DNA of 64,000 nucleotides, from assembly GCA_964412175.1 (NCBI GenBank), contig CAYPND010000012.1, forward strand, positions 1,540 to 65,539, given 5' to 3'. Both the position numbers and the translations under genes were made by a program. The notes under the pieces were generated by a model. It was not told where the DNA came from, ran no database searches, and saw nothing but the letters and a program-made list of their open reading frames with translations. This DNA is from an uncultured Microbacteriaceae bacterium. GTDB taxonomy: Bacteria; Actinomycetota; Actinomycetes; Actinomycetales; Microbacteriaceae. This document shows positions 38,976 to 47,485 of the stretch, piece after piece (position 1 is the first letter of the stretch; each line of letters opens with the position of its first letter).

Positions 38976-39836
38976 CTAGTTCGAGATCAGAAGCGTCCCG
39001 AGCACCGTTCGTCCGTCAGAGGAGTAGACCGGAATCTCCCACCCGTCTGGGTACCGCTCGTTTCGTTCACGCTGCCACTCCAGCGCCTGCTCCGGACTGG
39101 ATGGCTGACCCGGCCAGTCGGGCCCGAATGCGTCGAGGTCGCTCGCTCGCGCATATCCGACAAACGACGACCCGTCCGGGGCGATGCCGTCGACCGCAAC
39201 GAGGTTCGGTTCCAGACCGGTGCCGCCTGAGCCGTAGGTTTCACCGGAAGCATTGCGCCCGAGGGCGGTCGGCACGTAGTTGACGTACTGCACCGCGAGA
39301 AGCGCCCGGCCCTCGGGAGCCGTCTGGGCGTAGAGGAACCGCGTGCCCGTGTCGAGCCGGAAGTCCATCGACGCGTTCCCCGAGCCGGAACTCACATCGT
39401 CAGCGCGACAGTAGACGGAGGGATTGTTGCCCGTCTGGTCGGTGCCCCAGCTGAACGACCCGACAGTGAGGCTCGAAATGGTGGCTCGAAGGTGAGTCGC
39501 GCCGTCTGGTGGAGTTGACAGTTCGATGGTGGCCCCACCGCTGATCTCGTAGCTTGCCGTCTCGCCGAGTAGCGAGATGATGGGCACACCCGGAAGCGCT
39601 CCTGGAGGCGCCTCGATCGGAGTGCTTGCCGACGCCTCGGGGGGAGATGGAGACTGCGGGCCCGTGACAGCCGCAGCCGACACGGCACCGCCGGCGACGA
39701 GACCGACGATCAGTAACGACGTCCCTGTGATCCACCCCGGCACTCGACGCGCTGAGGTGGGCATGTTGACGGCTACGGCTTGCTCGAGGCCCACGCGGAT
39801 CGCGTCACTTCGCGCGCCTGAGAATTCGGGGTTCAT
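38976..39836 (-). CDS. Single-pass membrane protein co-translated with the ECF sigma factor (possible anti-sigma or sigma-dependent exported protein)
   Basis: 286 aa. Short N-terminal cytoplasmic tail, one TM (LLIVGLVAGGAVSAAAV), Pro-rich linker, roughly 220-aa outer domain. 4-nt overlap with the sigma gene. Confidence 0.5.
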   Translation of the reverse strand: MNPEFSGARSDAIRVGLEQAVAVNMPTSARRVPGWITGTSLLIVGLVAGGAVSAAAVTGPQSPSPPEASASTPIEAPPGALPGVPIISLLGETASYEISGGATIELSTPPDGATHLRATISSLTVGSFSWGTDQTGNNPSVYCRADDVSSGSGNASMDFRLDTGTRFLYAQTAPEGRALLAVQYVNYVPTALGRNASGETYGSGGTGLEPNLVAVDGIAPDGSSFVGYARASDLDAFGPDWPGQPSSPEQALEWQRERNERYPDGWEIPVYSSDGRTVLGTLLISN

Positions 39837-40435
39837 GTTGCATCCACTACTGAGAAGTGAGGGTGCGAGTCGCGAAGTCGCCGCCGCGCTCGAGACAGGC
39901 GGGTCTTCGCTGCACCGTAGGTGAGTCCGACAGCATCGGCTGCCTCGGCGAGAGCGAAGCCTTCGATGGTGGTCAGGGTGATGAGCGCGTGGTCGACCGC
40001 AGGGAGTCGAGCGAGTGCGGTGTTCAGGGCATCGGTCGCGGGCTTGGTGTCGAGGTGCTCATCGACGGCCGGTATGAAGTCTGGCTCCACGTCAGGAGCA
40101 GGCAGCGCCGCGAGGAACCGCTCGTAACGGCGCCGGCTGCGCGTCGCGTTGCGAGCGACGTTCCCCGCCGTCACCAGCAGCCACGGCAGCAAAGACCGGT
40201 CGACGAACCGCGCGGAGTTGCGGCGGCGCCGCAGTTCGAGGAAAACGACTGCTGTGAGGTCTTCCGCATCCGCTGCGACCGGGCTGGAACGCAGCAAGAC
40301 TCGGAAGATGCGATCTCGATGGAGCTCGAATAACACGCCGAACGCGCGTTGGTCACCACTGAGAACGCGGTCCCACAGTGCTCGGTCATCATGCTCCACA
40401 CCTCGATAGTGTCCGCTCCACCCAATGGGGGACAT
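39833..40435 (-). CDS. ECF-type sigma-70 family RNA polymerase sigma factor
   Basis: 200 aa. Region 2 (AFGVLFELHRDRIFRVLL...DAEDLTAVVFLEL) and region 4 HTH (GFALAEAADAVGLTYGAAKTRLSRARRRL). Confidence 0.85.
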   Translation of the reverse strand: MSPIGWSGHYRGVEHDDRALWDRVLSGDQRAFGVLFELHRDRIFRVLLRSSPVAADAEDLTAVVFLELRRRRNSARFVDRSLLPWLLVTAGNVARNATRSRRRYERFLAALPAPDVEPDFIPAVDEHLDTKPATDALNTALARLPAVDHALITLTTIEGFALAEAADAVGLTYGAAKTRLSRARRRLRDSHPHFSVVDAT

Positions 40436-40459
40436 CTCGTTCGGCGAAAAGCCAAAAGT

Positions 40460-40477
40460 GTATGCTTGTGAGCATAC
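40460..40477. promoter_or_regulatory. Inverted repeat GTATGCT-N4-AGCATAC in the 59-bp divergent sigma/XRE intergenic region
   Basis: Read directly: aaaGTGTATGCTtgtgAGCATACgca. Confidence 0.45.
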
Positions 40478-40494
40478 GCATGAAGGAGCAAGTC

Positions 40495-41010
40495 GTGAGC
40501 ACGCTTATTCGGCACCAGCGCGAGCGCTCAAGCGTGAGCGTGCGCGAACTGGCTCGTCGCCTCGACGTGAGCCCCGCAACCGTGCAGAGCTATGAGCGTG
40601 CGGAGGCGGGCGGTCGTATCCAGCTCGACACCTTGCGGCGCGCGCTCGGGGCGCTTGATGCGACCGTGATCGTCCGCGTCAGCACGGCGACGATTCCGAG
40701 GCTGGAGCGCCGCGAAGAGCGCGTCGCGCTCGAACTGCATAAGAAAGTTGCCGAGCTTCTGCTGCGCGACACGGATGCGACTCTCGCTGGCGTCGAACGC
40801 GTCGCAGCCGAAGCCCGCAGCAGAGTCGATCCCTACACGGCTGGGCTGCTGGACGAGTGGATGCTCCTTGCTGACGCACGGGATCTGCCCGGCCTCTTGC
40901 ACGCGATGACCTCAACAGATCAGCACTCGATCGACATGCGGCAGGTCGGCCCCTTCAACGGGGTGCTGAGCGAGTCCGAGCGACTCGATGCGATACGACG
41001 GGCGCGCTGA
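40495..41010 (+). CDS. XRE-family HTH protein with a ~110-aa helical C-terminal domain
   Basis: SVSVRELARRLDVSPATVQSYERAE HTH. GTG 40495 lies 6 nt after AAGGAG. An alternative ATG is at 40480. Confidence 0.75.
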   Translation: MSTLIRHQRERSSVSVRELARRLDVSPATVQSYERAEAGGRIQLDTLRRALGALDATVIVRVSTATIPRLERREERVALELHKKVAELLLRDTDATLAGVERVAAEARSRVDPYTAGLLDEWMLLADARDLPGLLHAMTSTDQHSIDMRQVGPFNGVLSESERLDAIRRAR

Positions 41011-41561
41011 TGGCGACAAACGATGACCTGCAGACAGCGCTTCGAGAGGCGAGTCACCTCATTCGAGGCGGGAGTTTCCTCGTGGTCGGTAGCCAGTCTT
41101 TACTCGGCAGCTTCATGCACGACGTCCTGCCTGCCGCTGCGACGGCATCTCTCGAGTTCGACATCGACGTGTTCGGAGACGTCGACTCGCAGGCAGCTGA
41201 TCGCATCGACCGCGTCTTGGGTGAGTGGTCCGACTTCCATGATGAGCACGGGTTCTACGTGCAAGGGGTAGACGTCGACACGGCGGTGTTGCCCGAGGGT
41301 TGGCAGGGTCGCACGGTTCGTGTGCCGATCGACGACGAGTCAGAGATCGATGCAGTCTGTCTTGAACCGCACGACACCTGCGCCGCCAAGCTCGCCCGCA
41401 ACGAAGAGCGTGATCGGTCCTTTGTCCGCGCTCTCGTCGATGCGAGCCTGATCGATCCGTCCCTCTTGGCTCAGCGCATTCGCGAGATTCCCGACGAGAG
41501 GCTGGAGATGGCCCGCAAGCGCGTGGTGCTGGCCTTCGTGAGGAGTCTCGGGCCGCGGTAG
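41010..41561 (+). CDS. Nucleotidyltransferase-fold protein (minimal NTase / DUF6036-like)
   Basis: 183 aa. [10 protein letters not shown] ... EFDIDVFG ... VQGVDVD pattern (G-S ... DxD ... D). C-terminal [19 protein letters not shown] helix. TGATG start/stop overlap with the XRE gene. Confidence 0.6.
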   Translation: MATNDDLQTALREASHLIRGGSFLVVGSQSLLGSFMHDVLPAAATASLEFDIDVFGDVDSQAADRIDRVLGEWSDFHDEHGFYVQGVDVDTAVLPEGWQGRTVRVPIDDESEIDAVCLEPHDTCAAKLARNEERDRSFVRALVDASLIDPSLLAQRIREIPDERLEMARKRVVLAFVRSLGPR

Positions 41562-41566
41562 ACTTT

Positions 41567-41645
41567 CACCCGTCGCGACTGGCGTTCGGATGGGTCACCA
41601 TCAGGGAGCGACCGACACGGTGCGGGGCCGTACGCCTGGGCCCCC
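41567..41645 (+). promoter_or_regulatory. ZTP (pfl-motif) riboswitch in the glyA-folD leader
   Basis: CGUCGCGACUGGCG ... GAUGGgucaCCAUC ... GGGAGCGACCG, a linker, then CCGUACGCCUGGGCC. This matches the conserved GACUGGCG / GAGCGAC / CGCCUGGGC blocks, and the downstream genes are classic ZTP targets. Confidence 0.8.
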
Positions 41646-41694
41646 AGCAGAATCCCGCCGGGCGCGCCCGGCAGACCCTCGAAGGAGACCTCCC

Positions 41695-42972
41695 GTGTCT
41701 GACAAACTGCCCTCGTCGTTCAACGACGCCCTCATCGACGTCGACCCCGAGATCGCCGCCGTTCTCGAGCAGGAGCTCGGCCGCCAGCGCGGCACGCTCG
41801 AGATGATCGCGAGCGAGAACTTCGTCTCGCGCGCCATCCTCGAGGCCCAGGGCTCGGTGCTCACCAACAAGTACGCCGAGGGCTACCCCGGCAAGCGCTA
41901 CTACGGCGGCTGCGAGTTCGTCGACATCGCCGAGAACCTCGCCATCGAGCGGGCCCAGGCCCTGTTCGGTGCCGAGTTCGCCAACGTGCAGCCCCACTCG
42001 GGCGCGCAGGCGAGCGCCGCGGTGCTGCACGCCCTCGCGATGCCCGGCGACACGATCCTCGGCCTCGAGCTCGCCCACGGCGGTCACCTCACCCACGGCA
42101 TGAAGCTCAACTTCTCGGGCAAGGTCTACAACGCCACGAGCTACGGCGTCGACCCGGAGACGATGCTCGTCGACATGGATGTCGTGCGCGCCAAGGCGCT
42201 CGAGGTCAAGCCGACCGTCATCATCGCCGGCTGGTCGGCCTACTCGCGCCAGCTCGACTTCGCCGCCTTCCGCGCCATCGCCGACGAGGTCGGTGCCAAG
42301 CTGTGGGTCGACATGGCGCACTTCGCGGGCCTTGTCGCCGCGGGCCTGCACCCCTCGCCGCTGCCGCACGCGCACGTCGTCAGCTCGACGGTGCACAAGA
42401 CCCTCGGTGGTCCGCGCTCAGGTCTAATCCTCAGCAACGACGAGTCGCTCTTCAAGAAGCTCAACTCGGCCGTCTTCCCGGGCCAGCAGGGCGGCCCGCT
42501 CATGCACGTCATCGCGGCGAAGGCCGTGGCGTTCAAGCTCGCCGCGCTGCCGGAGTTCGTCGAGCGGCAGGAGCGCACCATCCGCGGCGCCCAGATCCTC
42601 GCCGCGCGCCTGACGCGGGACGACGCGATCGCTGGCGGTGTCAACGTGCTGACGGGGGGCACGGATGTTCACCTCGCGCTCGTCGACCTGCGCGAGTCGC
42701 CCCTCAACGGCCTCGAAGCCGAAGACCTACTGCACCACGTCGGCATCACGGTGAACCGCAACGGCGTGCCGTTCGACCCGCGCCCGCCGATGGTCACGAG
42801 CGGTGTGCGCATCGGAACCCCGGCGCTCGCCACCCGCGGCTTCGCCGACGCCGAGTTCACCGAGGTGGCCGACATCATCGCCCACACGCTCATGCCGAAC
42901 CCCGACGTCGCGGCCCTGCAGGCGCGCGTCGCGGCGCTCACCGACGCGTTCCCGCTCTACCCGGGGCTGTAG
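41695..42972 (+). CDS. glyA: Serine hydroxymethyltransferase
   Basis: GTG 41695 after [45 protein letters not shown] (PLP lysine). Confidence 0.95.
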   Translation: MSDKLPSSFNDALIDVDPEIAAVLEQELGRQRGTLEMIASENFVSRAILEAQGSVLTNKYAEGYPGKRYYGGCEFVDIAENLAIERAQALFGAEFANVQPHSGAQASAAVLHALAMPGDTILGLELAHGGHLTHGMKLNFSGKVYNATSYGVDPETMLVDMDVVRAKALEVKPTVIIAGWSAYSRQLDFAAFRAIADEVGAKLWVDMAHFAGLVAAGLHPSPLPHAHVVSSTVHKTLGGPRSGLILSNDESLFKKLNSAVFPGQQGGPLMHVIAAKAVAFKLAALPEFVERQERTIRGAQILAARLTRDDAIAGGVNVLTGGTDVHLALVDLRESPLNGLEAEDLLHHVGITVNRNGVPFDPRPPMVTSGVRIGTPALATRGFADAEFTEVADIIAHTLMPNPDVAALQARVAALTDAFPLYPGL

Positions 42973-42974
42973 TC

Positions 42975-43874
42975 GTGGCGGAGTCGCACTCCACCGCCCA
43001 GCGCCTCGACGGCACGGCCACGGCCGCGGCCATCAAGGCCGAGCTCACCGAGCGCGTGACGGCGCTGCGCGAGCGCGGCATCGTGCCCGGCCTCGCGACC
43101 GTGCTCGTCGGCGACGACCCCGGCTCGCAGTGGTACGTCGCGGGCAAGCATCGCGACTGCGCCGAGGTCGGCATCGCCTCGATCCGCCGAGACCTGCCTG
43201 ACACCACCACGCAGGCCGAGCTAGAATCCGTGATCGACGAGCTGAACGCCGACCCCGTGGTGACGGGGTTCATCGTGCAGCTGCCCCTGCCGAAGCACCT
43301 CGACACCGACGCGATTCTCGAGCGCGTGCATCCCGATAAAGACGCCGACGGGCTGCACCCCACCAACCTGGGGCGGCTCGTGCTGCGCGTCGACCGCCCG
43401 ATCGACACGCCCCTGCCGTGCACGCCGCGCGGCGTCATCGAGCTCGTCGAGCGGCACGGGCTGTCGTGGGCCGGCAGGGATGCCGTGGTCATCGGCCGCG
43501 GTGTCACCGTCGGACGCGCGATCGGCTCGCTGCTGACGCGGCGCGAGTACAACGCGACCGTCACGCTCACCCACACGGGCACGCGCGACCTTTCGTCGCA
43601 CCTGCGCCGGGCCGACATCATCGTGGCCGCCGCGGGCGTGCCGGGCATCGTGACGGCCGCCGACGTCAAGCCCGGCGCGATCGTGCTCGACGTGGGCGTC
43701 TCGCGACTCGTCGACCCCGACACGGGCGTCTCGCGCATCGCGGGCGACGTGGCCGACGACGTGGCGACGGTCGCCTCGTGGATCTCGCCCAACCCGGGCG
43801 GGGTCGGCCCCATGACGCGCGCGCTGCTGCTCGCCAACGTCGTCGAGACTGCGGAGCGCGCCGCCGGTCGGTGA
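42975..43874 (+). CDS. folD: Bifunctional methylenetetrahydrofolate dehydrogenase / methenyl-THF cyclohydrolase
   Basis: [65 protein letters not shown] 42975 chosen. Confidence 0.92.
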   Translation: MAESHSTAQRLDGTATAAAIKAELTERVTALRERGIVPGLATVLVGDDPGSQWYVAGKHRDCAEVGIASIRRDLPDTTTQAELESVIDELNADPVVTGFIVQLPLPKHLDTDAILERVHPDKDADGLHPTNLGRLVLRVDRPIDTPLPCTPRGVIELVERHGLSWAGRDAVVIGRGVTVGRAIGSLLTRREYNATVTLTHTGTRDLSSHLRRADIIVAAAGVPGIVTAADVKPGAIVLDVGVSRLVDPDTGVSRIAGDVADDVATVASWISPNPGGVGPMTRALLLANVVETAERAAGR

Positions 43875-43878
43875 GGGG

Positions 43879-44772
43879 TTAGCGGCGTCCGGCGACGAGC
43901 CGGAGGCGCACGGGCTGACCGGGTCGCAGCTGCGCGAGCCGGTCGAGCGACGCATCGACGACGACCGCGATGACGGGGTACCCGCCCGTCACGGGGTGGT
44001 CGGGCCCCAGCACGGTCGGCGCACCGTCGGGCGAGACCTGGATGCTCCCGCGCAGCATCCCCTCGCTCGCCAGTTCGACGCCCACGAGGTCGGGCACCCG
44101 TTCGAGCGCGGGCCCCTCGAGGCGCACTCCCGTGCGGTCGCTGCGGGCCGAGGTGATCCACTCGCTCGTCAGTAGCAGCGACCAGGCCGCGGCGTCAAAC
44201 CAGTCGTGCCGAGGCCCGGGGCGCACCCCGAGCTCGACGACCCCGTCGGTCGGGGGATCGACCGGCACGAGGTCGCCCTCCGGCACGGGCGACGAGGGTT
44301 CGGGGCCGAGCGGCAGCACGTCGCCCGCGCGCAGGGGCTCGGGCCCAAGCCCGGCGAGGGTGTCGCGGGCCCGCGAGCCGAGCGCGGCCGGCACGGCGAG
44401 TCCGCCGCGCACGGCGACGGTCGACCGCAATCCGTGCGTCACGGAGCCGAGGTGCAGTTCGGCATCGGCATCCGCCTGCATCGCGGTGTGCGGCTCCAGG
44501 CGCGTGCGCCGGCCGTCGGTCACGAGCACGGCGTCGCTCCACGCTCCAGTGACCGCGAACCAGGTGCCCGCCGGCAGCGCCAAGCGCAGGCCGCCGAGCA
44601 GGCACTCGAGGGCCGCCGCATTCTCGTCGTTGCCGACGAGGCGGTTGGCGAGCCGGTGCGCCGCGCGATCGAAGGTGCCCGAGGCGCTCACGCCGAGCGA
44701 GGCGAGGCCGGGCCGCCCGAGATCCTGCACGAGCGTGAGCGGGCCCGGGTCGACGACCCGCACGGCGCTCAC
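43879..44772 (-). CDS. pxpC: 5-oxoprolinase subunit C (biotin-independent carboxyltransferase / KipA family)
   Basis: VVDPGPLTLVQDLGRPG, GPDHPVTGGYPVIAVV. GTGA overlap with pxpB. Confidence 0.85.
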   Translation of the reverse strand: MSAVRVVDPGPLTLVQDLGRPGLASLGVSASGTFDRAAHRLANRLVGNDENAAALECLLGGLRLALPAGTWFAVTGAWSDAVLVTDGRRTRLEPHTAMQADADAELHLGSVTHGLRSTVAVRGGLAVPAALGSRARDTLAGLGPEPLRAGDVLPLGPEPSSPVPEGDLVPVDPPTDGVVELGVRPGPRHDWFDAAAWSLLLTSEWITSARSDRTGVRLEGPALERVPDLVGVELASEGMLRGSIQVSPDGAPTVLGPDHPVTGGYPVIAVVVDASLDRLAQLRPGQPVRLRLVAGRR

Positions 44773-45389
44773 GCACGCACCGCCGTGAAGCGCACGCGCG
44801 TGCCCGGGTTCACGAGGGCGGGGAATGCCCGGTCGGCATCCCACAGCACCGCAGCGGTGCGGCCGATGAGCTGCCAGCCGCCGGGGGAGGATCGGGGGTA
44901 GACGCCGCAGTACTCGGCCGCGAGGGCGACCGCGCCCGCGGGCACGTGCGGGCGCGAGGTCGCGCGCCGCGGCACGGGCGGCAGCGCTGCGTCCTCGGGC
45001 ACAAGGTACGGGAAGCCCGGGGCGAAGCCGATGAACGCGCAGACCCATGCGGTCGCGGCATGACGGTCGGCGACGGCGTGCGGCGAGCATCCCCAGGCCT
45101 CGGCGACCACGGTGAGGTCGTCGCCGTCGTAGACCACCGGCAGGGTCACGAGCCCGGCGGCAGGCAGCGCTGCCGTCGCGGTCGGTGCGTGGGCGGTGAG
45201 CCACTGCTCGGCCGCCCCGAGTCCCAGCACTGCCGGGTCAAGCCGCACGAGAACCGTGCGCGCGGCCGGCATGAGTTCGACGATGCCCGCGGGGGCCGCG
45301 GCGCTCCATCCCGCGTGGGCCGCGAGCGCGGCCTCGAGCGTCGCGAACTCGGCGAGCAGCGCGCGGTCGCTGCACGGCAGCAGCCTCAT
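44769..45389 (-). CDS. pxpB: 5-oxoprolinase subunit B (KipI family)
   Basis: MRLLPCSDRALLAEF..., FIGFAPGFPYL, YPRSSPGGWQLIGRT. ATGA overlap with pxpA. Confidence 0.85.
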   Translation of the reverse strand: MRLLPCSDRALLAEFATLEAALAAHAGWSAAAPAGIVELMPAARTVLVRLDPAVLGLGAAEQWLTAHAPTATAALPAAGLVTLPVVYDGDDLTVVAEAWGCSPHAVADRHAATAWVCAFIGFAPGFPYLVPEDAALPPVPRRATSRPHVPAGAVALAAEYCGVYPRSSPGGWQLIGRTAAVLWDADRAFPALVNPGTRVRFTAVRA

Positions 45390-46138
45390 GCGAAGGCCGC
45401 GACCTCGACCCCGGCACCGTCGAGCGCCGCGCGCACCGCACGGGCGATCGCGACCGCACCGGGCGTGTCGCCGTGCACGCACAGCGAGTCGGGGCCTACG
45501 GCGATCTCAGTGCCGTCGACGGCCTCGACGACACGCTCGATGACCATCCGCAGTGCGCGCTCGGCGACGGCCAGCGGATCGGTGATGAGGGCCCCGGCCA
45601 AACCGCGGGGGGCGAGCGTGCCGTCGGCGAGGTAGCCGCGGTCGGCGAAGGCCTCGCGCACGTAGGCGACGCCCGCCTGGCGGCACGCGGTCTCGATCGC
45701 CGAGCCCGGCAGGCCCAGCACGGGCAGCCCGAGACCGTTCGCGACGTCGGCCACGACCTCCGCGACCTCGAGGTCGACCGCGACGCGGTTGTAGAGCGCG
45801 CCATGCGGCTTGATGTACCGCACGACTGTTCCCGCGTGCGCGGCGATGCCGACGAGCGCCGACACCTGGTACAGCACGTCGGCATGCAGCTGATCGGCCG
45901 GCACCTCCATGTCGCGACGCCCGAATCCGGCGAGATCGCGGTAGGCCGGATGCGCGCCGATCTCGACGCCGTGCTCCGCCGCGGCGCGGCACGACGCGAG
46001 CATGGTCGCGGGGTCGCCAGCGTGGAAGCCGCAGGCGAGGTTGGCGCTCGTGACGAGCGTGAACATCGCGTCGTCATCGCCCATCGTCCACGCGCCGAAC
46101 GACTCGCCGAGATCGCTGTTGAGGTCGACGGTGGCCAT
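45386..46138 (-). CDS. pxpA: 5-oxoprolinase subunit A (LamB/YcsF family)
   Basis: 250 aa. VDLNSDLGESFGAW, NLACGFHAGDP, KPHGALYN. Confidence 0.9.
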   Translation of the reverse strand: MATVDLNSDLGESFGAWTMGDDDAMFTLVTSANLACGFHAGDPATMLASCRAAAEHGVEIGAHPAYRDLAGFGRRDMEVPADQLHADVLYQVSALVGIAAHAGTVVRYIKPHGALYNRVAVDLEVAEVVADVANGLGLPVLGLPGSAIETACRQAGVAYVREAFADRGYLADGTLAPRGLAGALITDPLAVAERALRMVIERVVEAVDGTEIAVGPDSLCVHGDTPGAVAIARAVRAALDGAGVEVAAFA

Positions 46139-46231
46139 GCCCTGAGCCTACGACGCGCGCGCACGGGCGGCGCTCCCCGCGCGAAAACTGGCCGGTGTCC
46201 TCCGGCTCCGCCATAATGCGAGAGAGACTCC

Positions 46232-47485
46232 ATGCACTCGCATGCAGGCAGGAAGGGGTGCGTCGTGCCGTTGGGCCTGCCCCCGCACCTCTCCGCGCGC
46301 ACCACGAGCACGGCGATCGCCCGCGCCGGGCACGCGGCCGCGGCGGTATGCCTGACCACCGTGGGCCTCATCGTCGTCTCAATCCAGGCCTATCTGCCGC
46401 AGGTGATTCTCTGGCCTGCGCTCGTCGTGCTCATTCCCATGGTCGTGCTGCTTGTGCTGCTCGAGCGCAGCCCCTCGGCGTTCATCGCCGTGAGCTACCT
46501 CGCGATCGGGGGCCTGTGCGTGGTCTGGTACTCGCTCATCGCCTCGACCCAACTCGACACCCCGGTCGCGAACGACGACTTCACGATCGTGCTACTCAAG
46601 CTCTCGCTCATCCTCGTCATCGGGGTGGGGCCGAGCCTCGGCATCTCGATGGTCTGGACGACGGTCGCCTACTTCGTGGGCGAGTTCGCCTCGATCGCGG
46701 CTCTCGTCATGCTCGGGGCACCCTGGCGGTTCGACACGATCTCCTTCGCCGTGTGGTTTATTGTCGTGGGCCTGCTCTCGGTGCTACGGGCCGATCGGCT
46801 GGCCGGGCGCGATTCGCAGTCGGAGATCTACCGCGCCGCGCGCGACGAGATGCTGGCAGATGTTCGGCGCGTGTTCGAGCAGCGGGCCACCGCCCTCCTG
46901 CACGACACCGTGCTCAATCAGCTCGCGGTCATCACCGCGACCCCCGGCGAGCTCTCCCCGGCCGTCCGGGCCGCGATCCGCGCCGACCTCGAGACGATCG
47001 TCGGGCAGGAGTGGTTCGACGTCGATGCCTCTGGCGCGGCCGGCGAGGACGCTTCGGGCGAGACCGCTGACCGCGAAGGACGCCTGCGGGCGATCGTCGA
47101 CGACGCCGCGGGGGGCGAGGTGCGCGTGCAGATCGAGGGCGACACCGCCGTGCTCGACGCGCTCGACTCCGAGGCCTTCGACGAGTTCAGCCGCGCGATC
47201 GGCCAGTGCATCGCCAACGTGCGGCGCCATGCGGGTGTCGACACGGCCGACCTCGTGCTCGGCGGCGGGGGTGGCGAGGTCTCGGCGATGGTTATTGACG
47301 GCGGCCAGGGCTTCGCGCTCGACGCCCGCACCGATGGCCGGCTCGGCGTCGGTACGAGCATCGTCGGTCGGCTCGAGACCATCGGCGGCTCGGCCACCGT
47401 GTGGTCGCAACCGGGCAAGGGCACCTCGGTGCTGCTACGGGTGCCGGCTGCACGCTCCTCGACTGCGGCGGGGAGCCGCCCATGA
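46232..47485 (+). CDS. Membrane sensor histidine kinase (HisKA_3 / NarX-like class)
   Basis: Multi-TM N-terminus. H-box ATALLHDTVLNQL, N-box IANVRRHAG, DGGQGF and GVGTSIV G-boxes. Start uncertain. Confidence 0.75.
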   Translation: MHSHAGRKGCVVPLGLPPHLSARTTSTAIARAGHAAAAVCLTTVGLIVVSIQAYLPQVILWPALVVLIPMVVLLVLLERSPSAFIAVSYLAIGGLCVVWYSLIASTQLDTPVANDDFTIVLLKLSLILVIGVGPSLGISMVWTTVAYFVGEFASIAALVMLGAPWRFDTISFAVWFIVVGLLSVLRADRLAGRDSQSEIYRAARDEMLADVRRVFEQRATALLHDTVLNQLAVITATPGELSPAVRAAIRADLETIVGQEWFDVDASGAAGEDASGETADREGRLRAIVDDAAGGEVRVQIEGDTAVLDALDSEAFDEFSRAIGQCIANVRRHAGVDTADLVLGGGGGEVSAMVIDGGQGFALDARTDGRLGVGTSIVGRLETIGGSATVWSQPGKGTSVLLRVPAARSSTAAGSRP

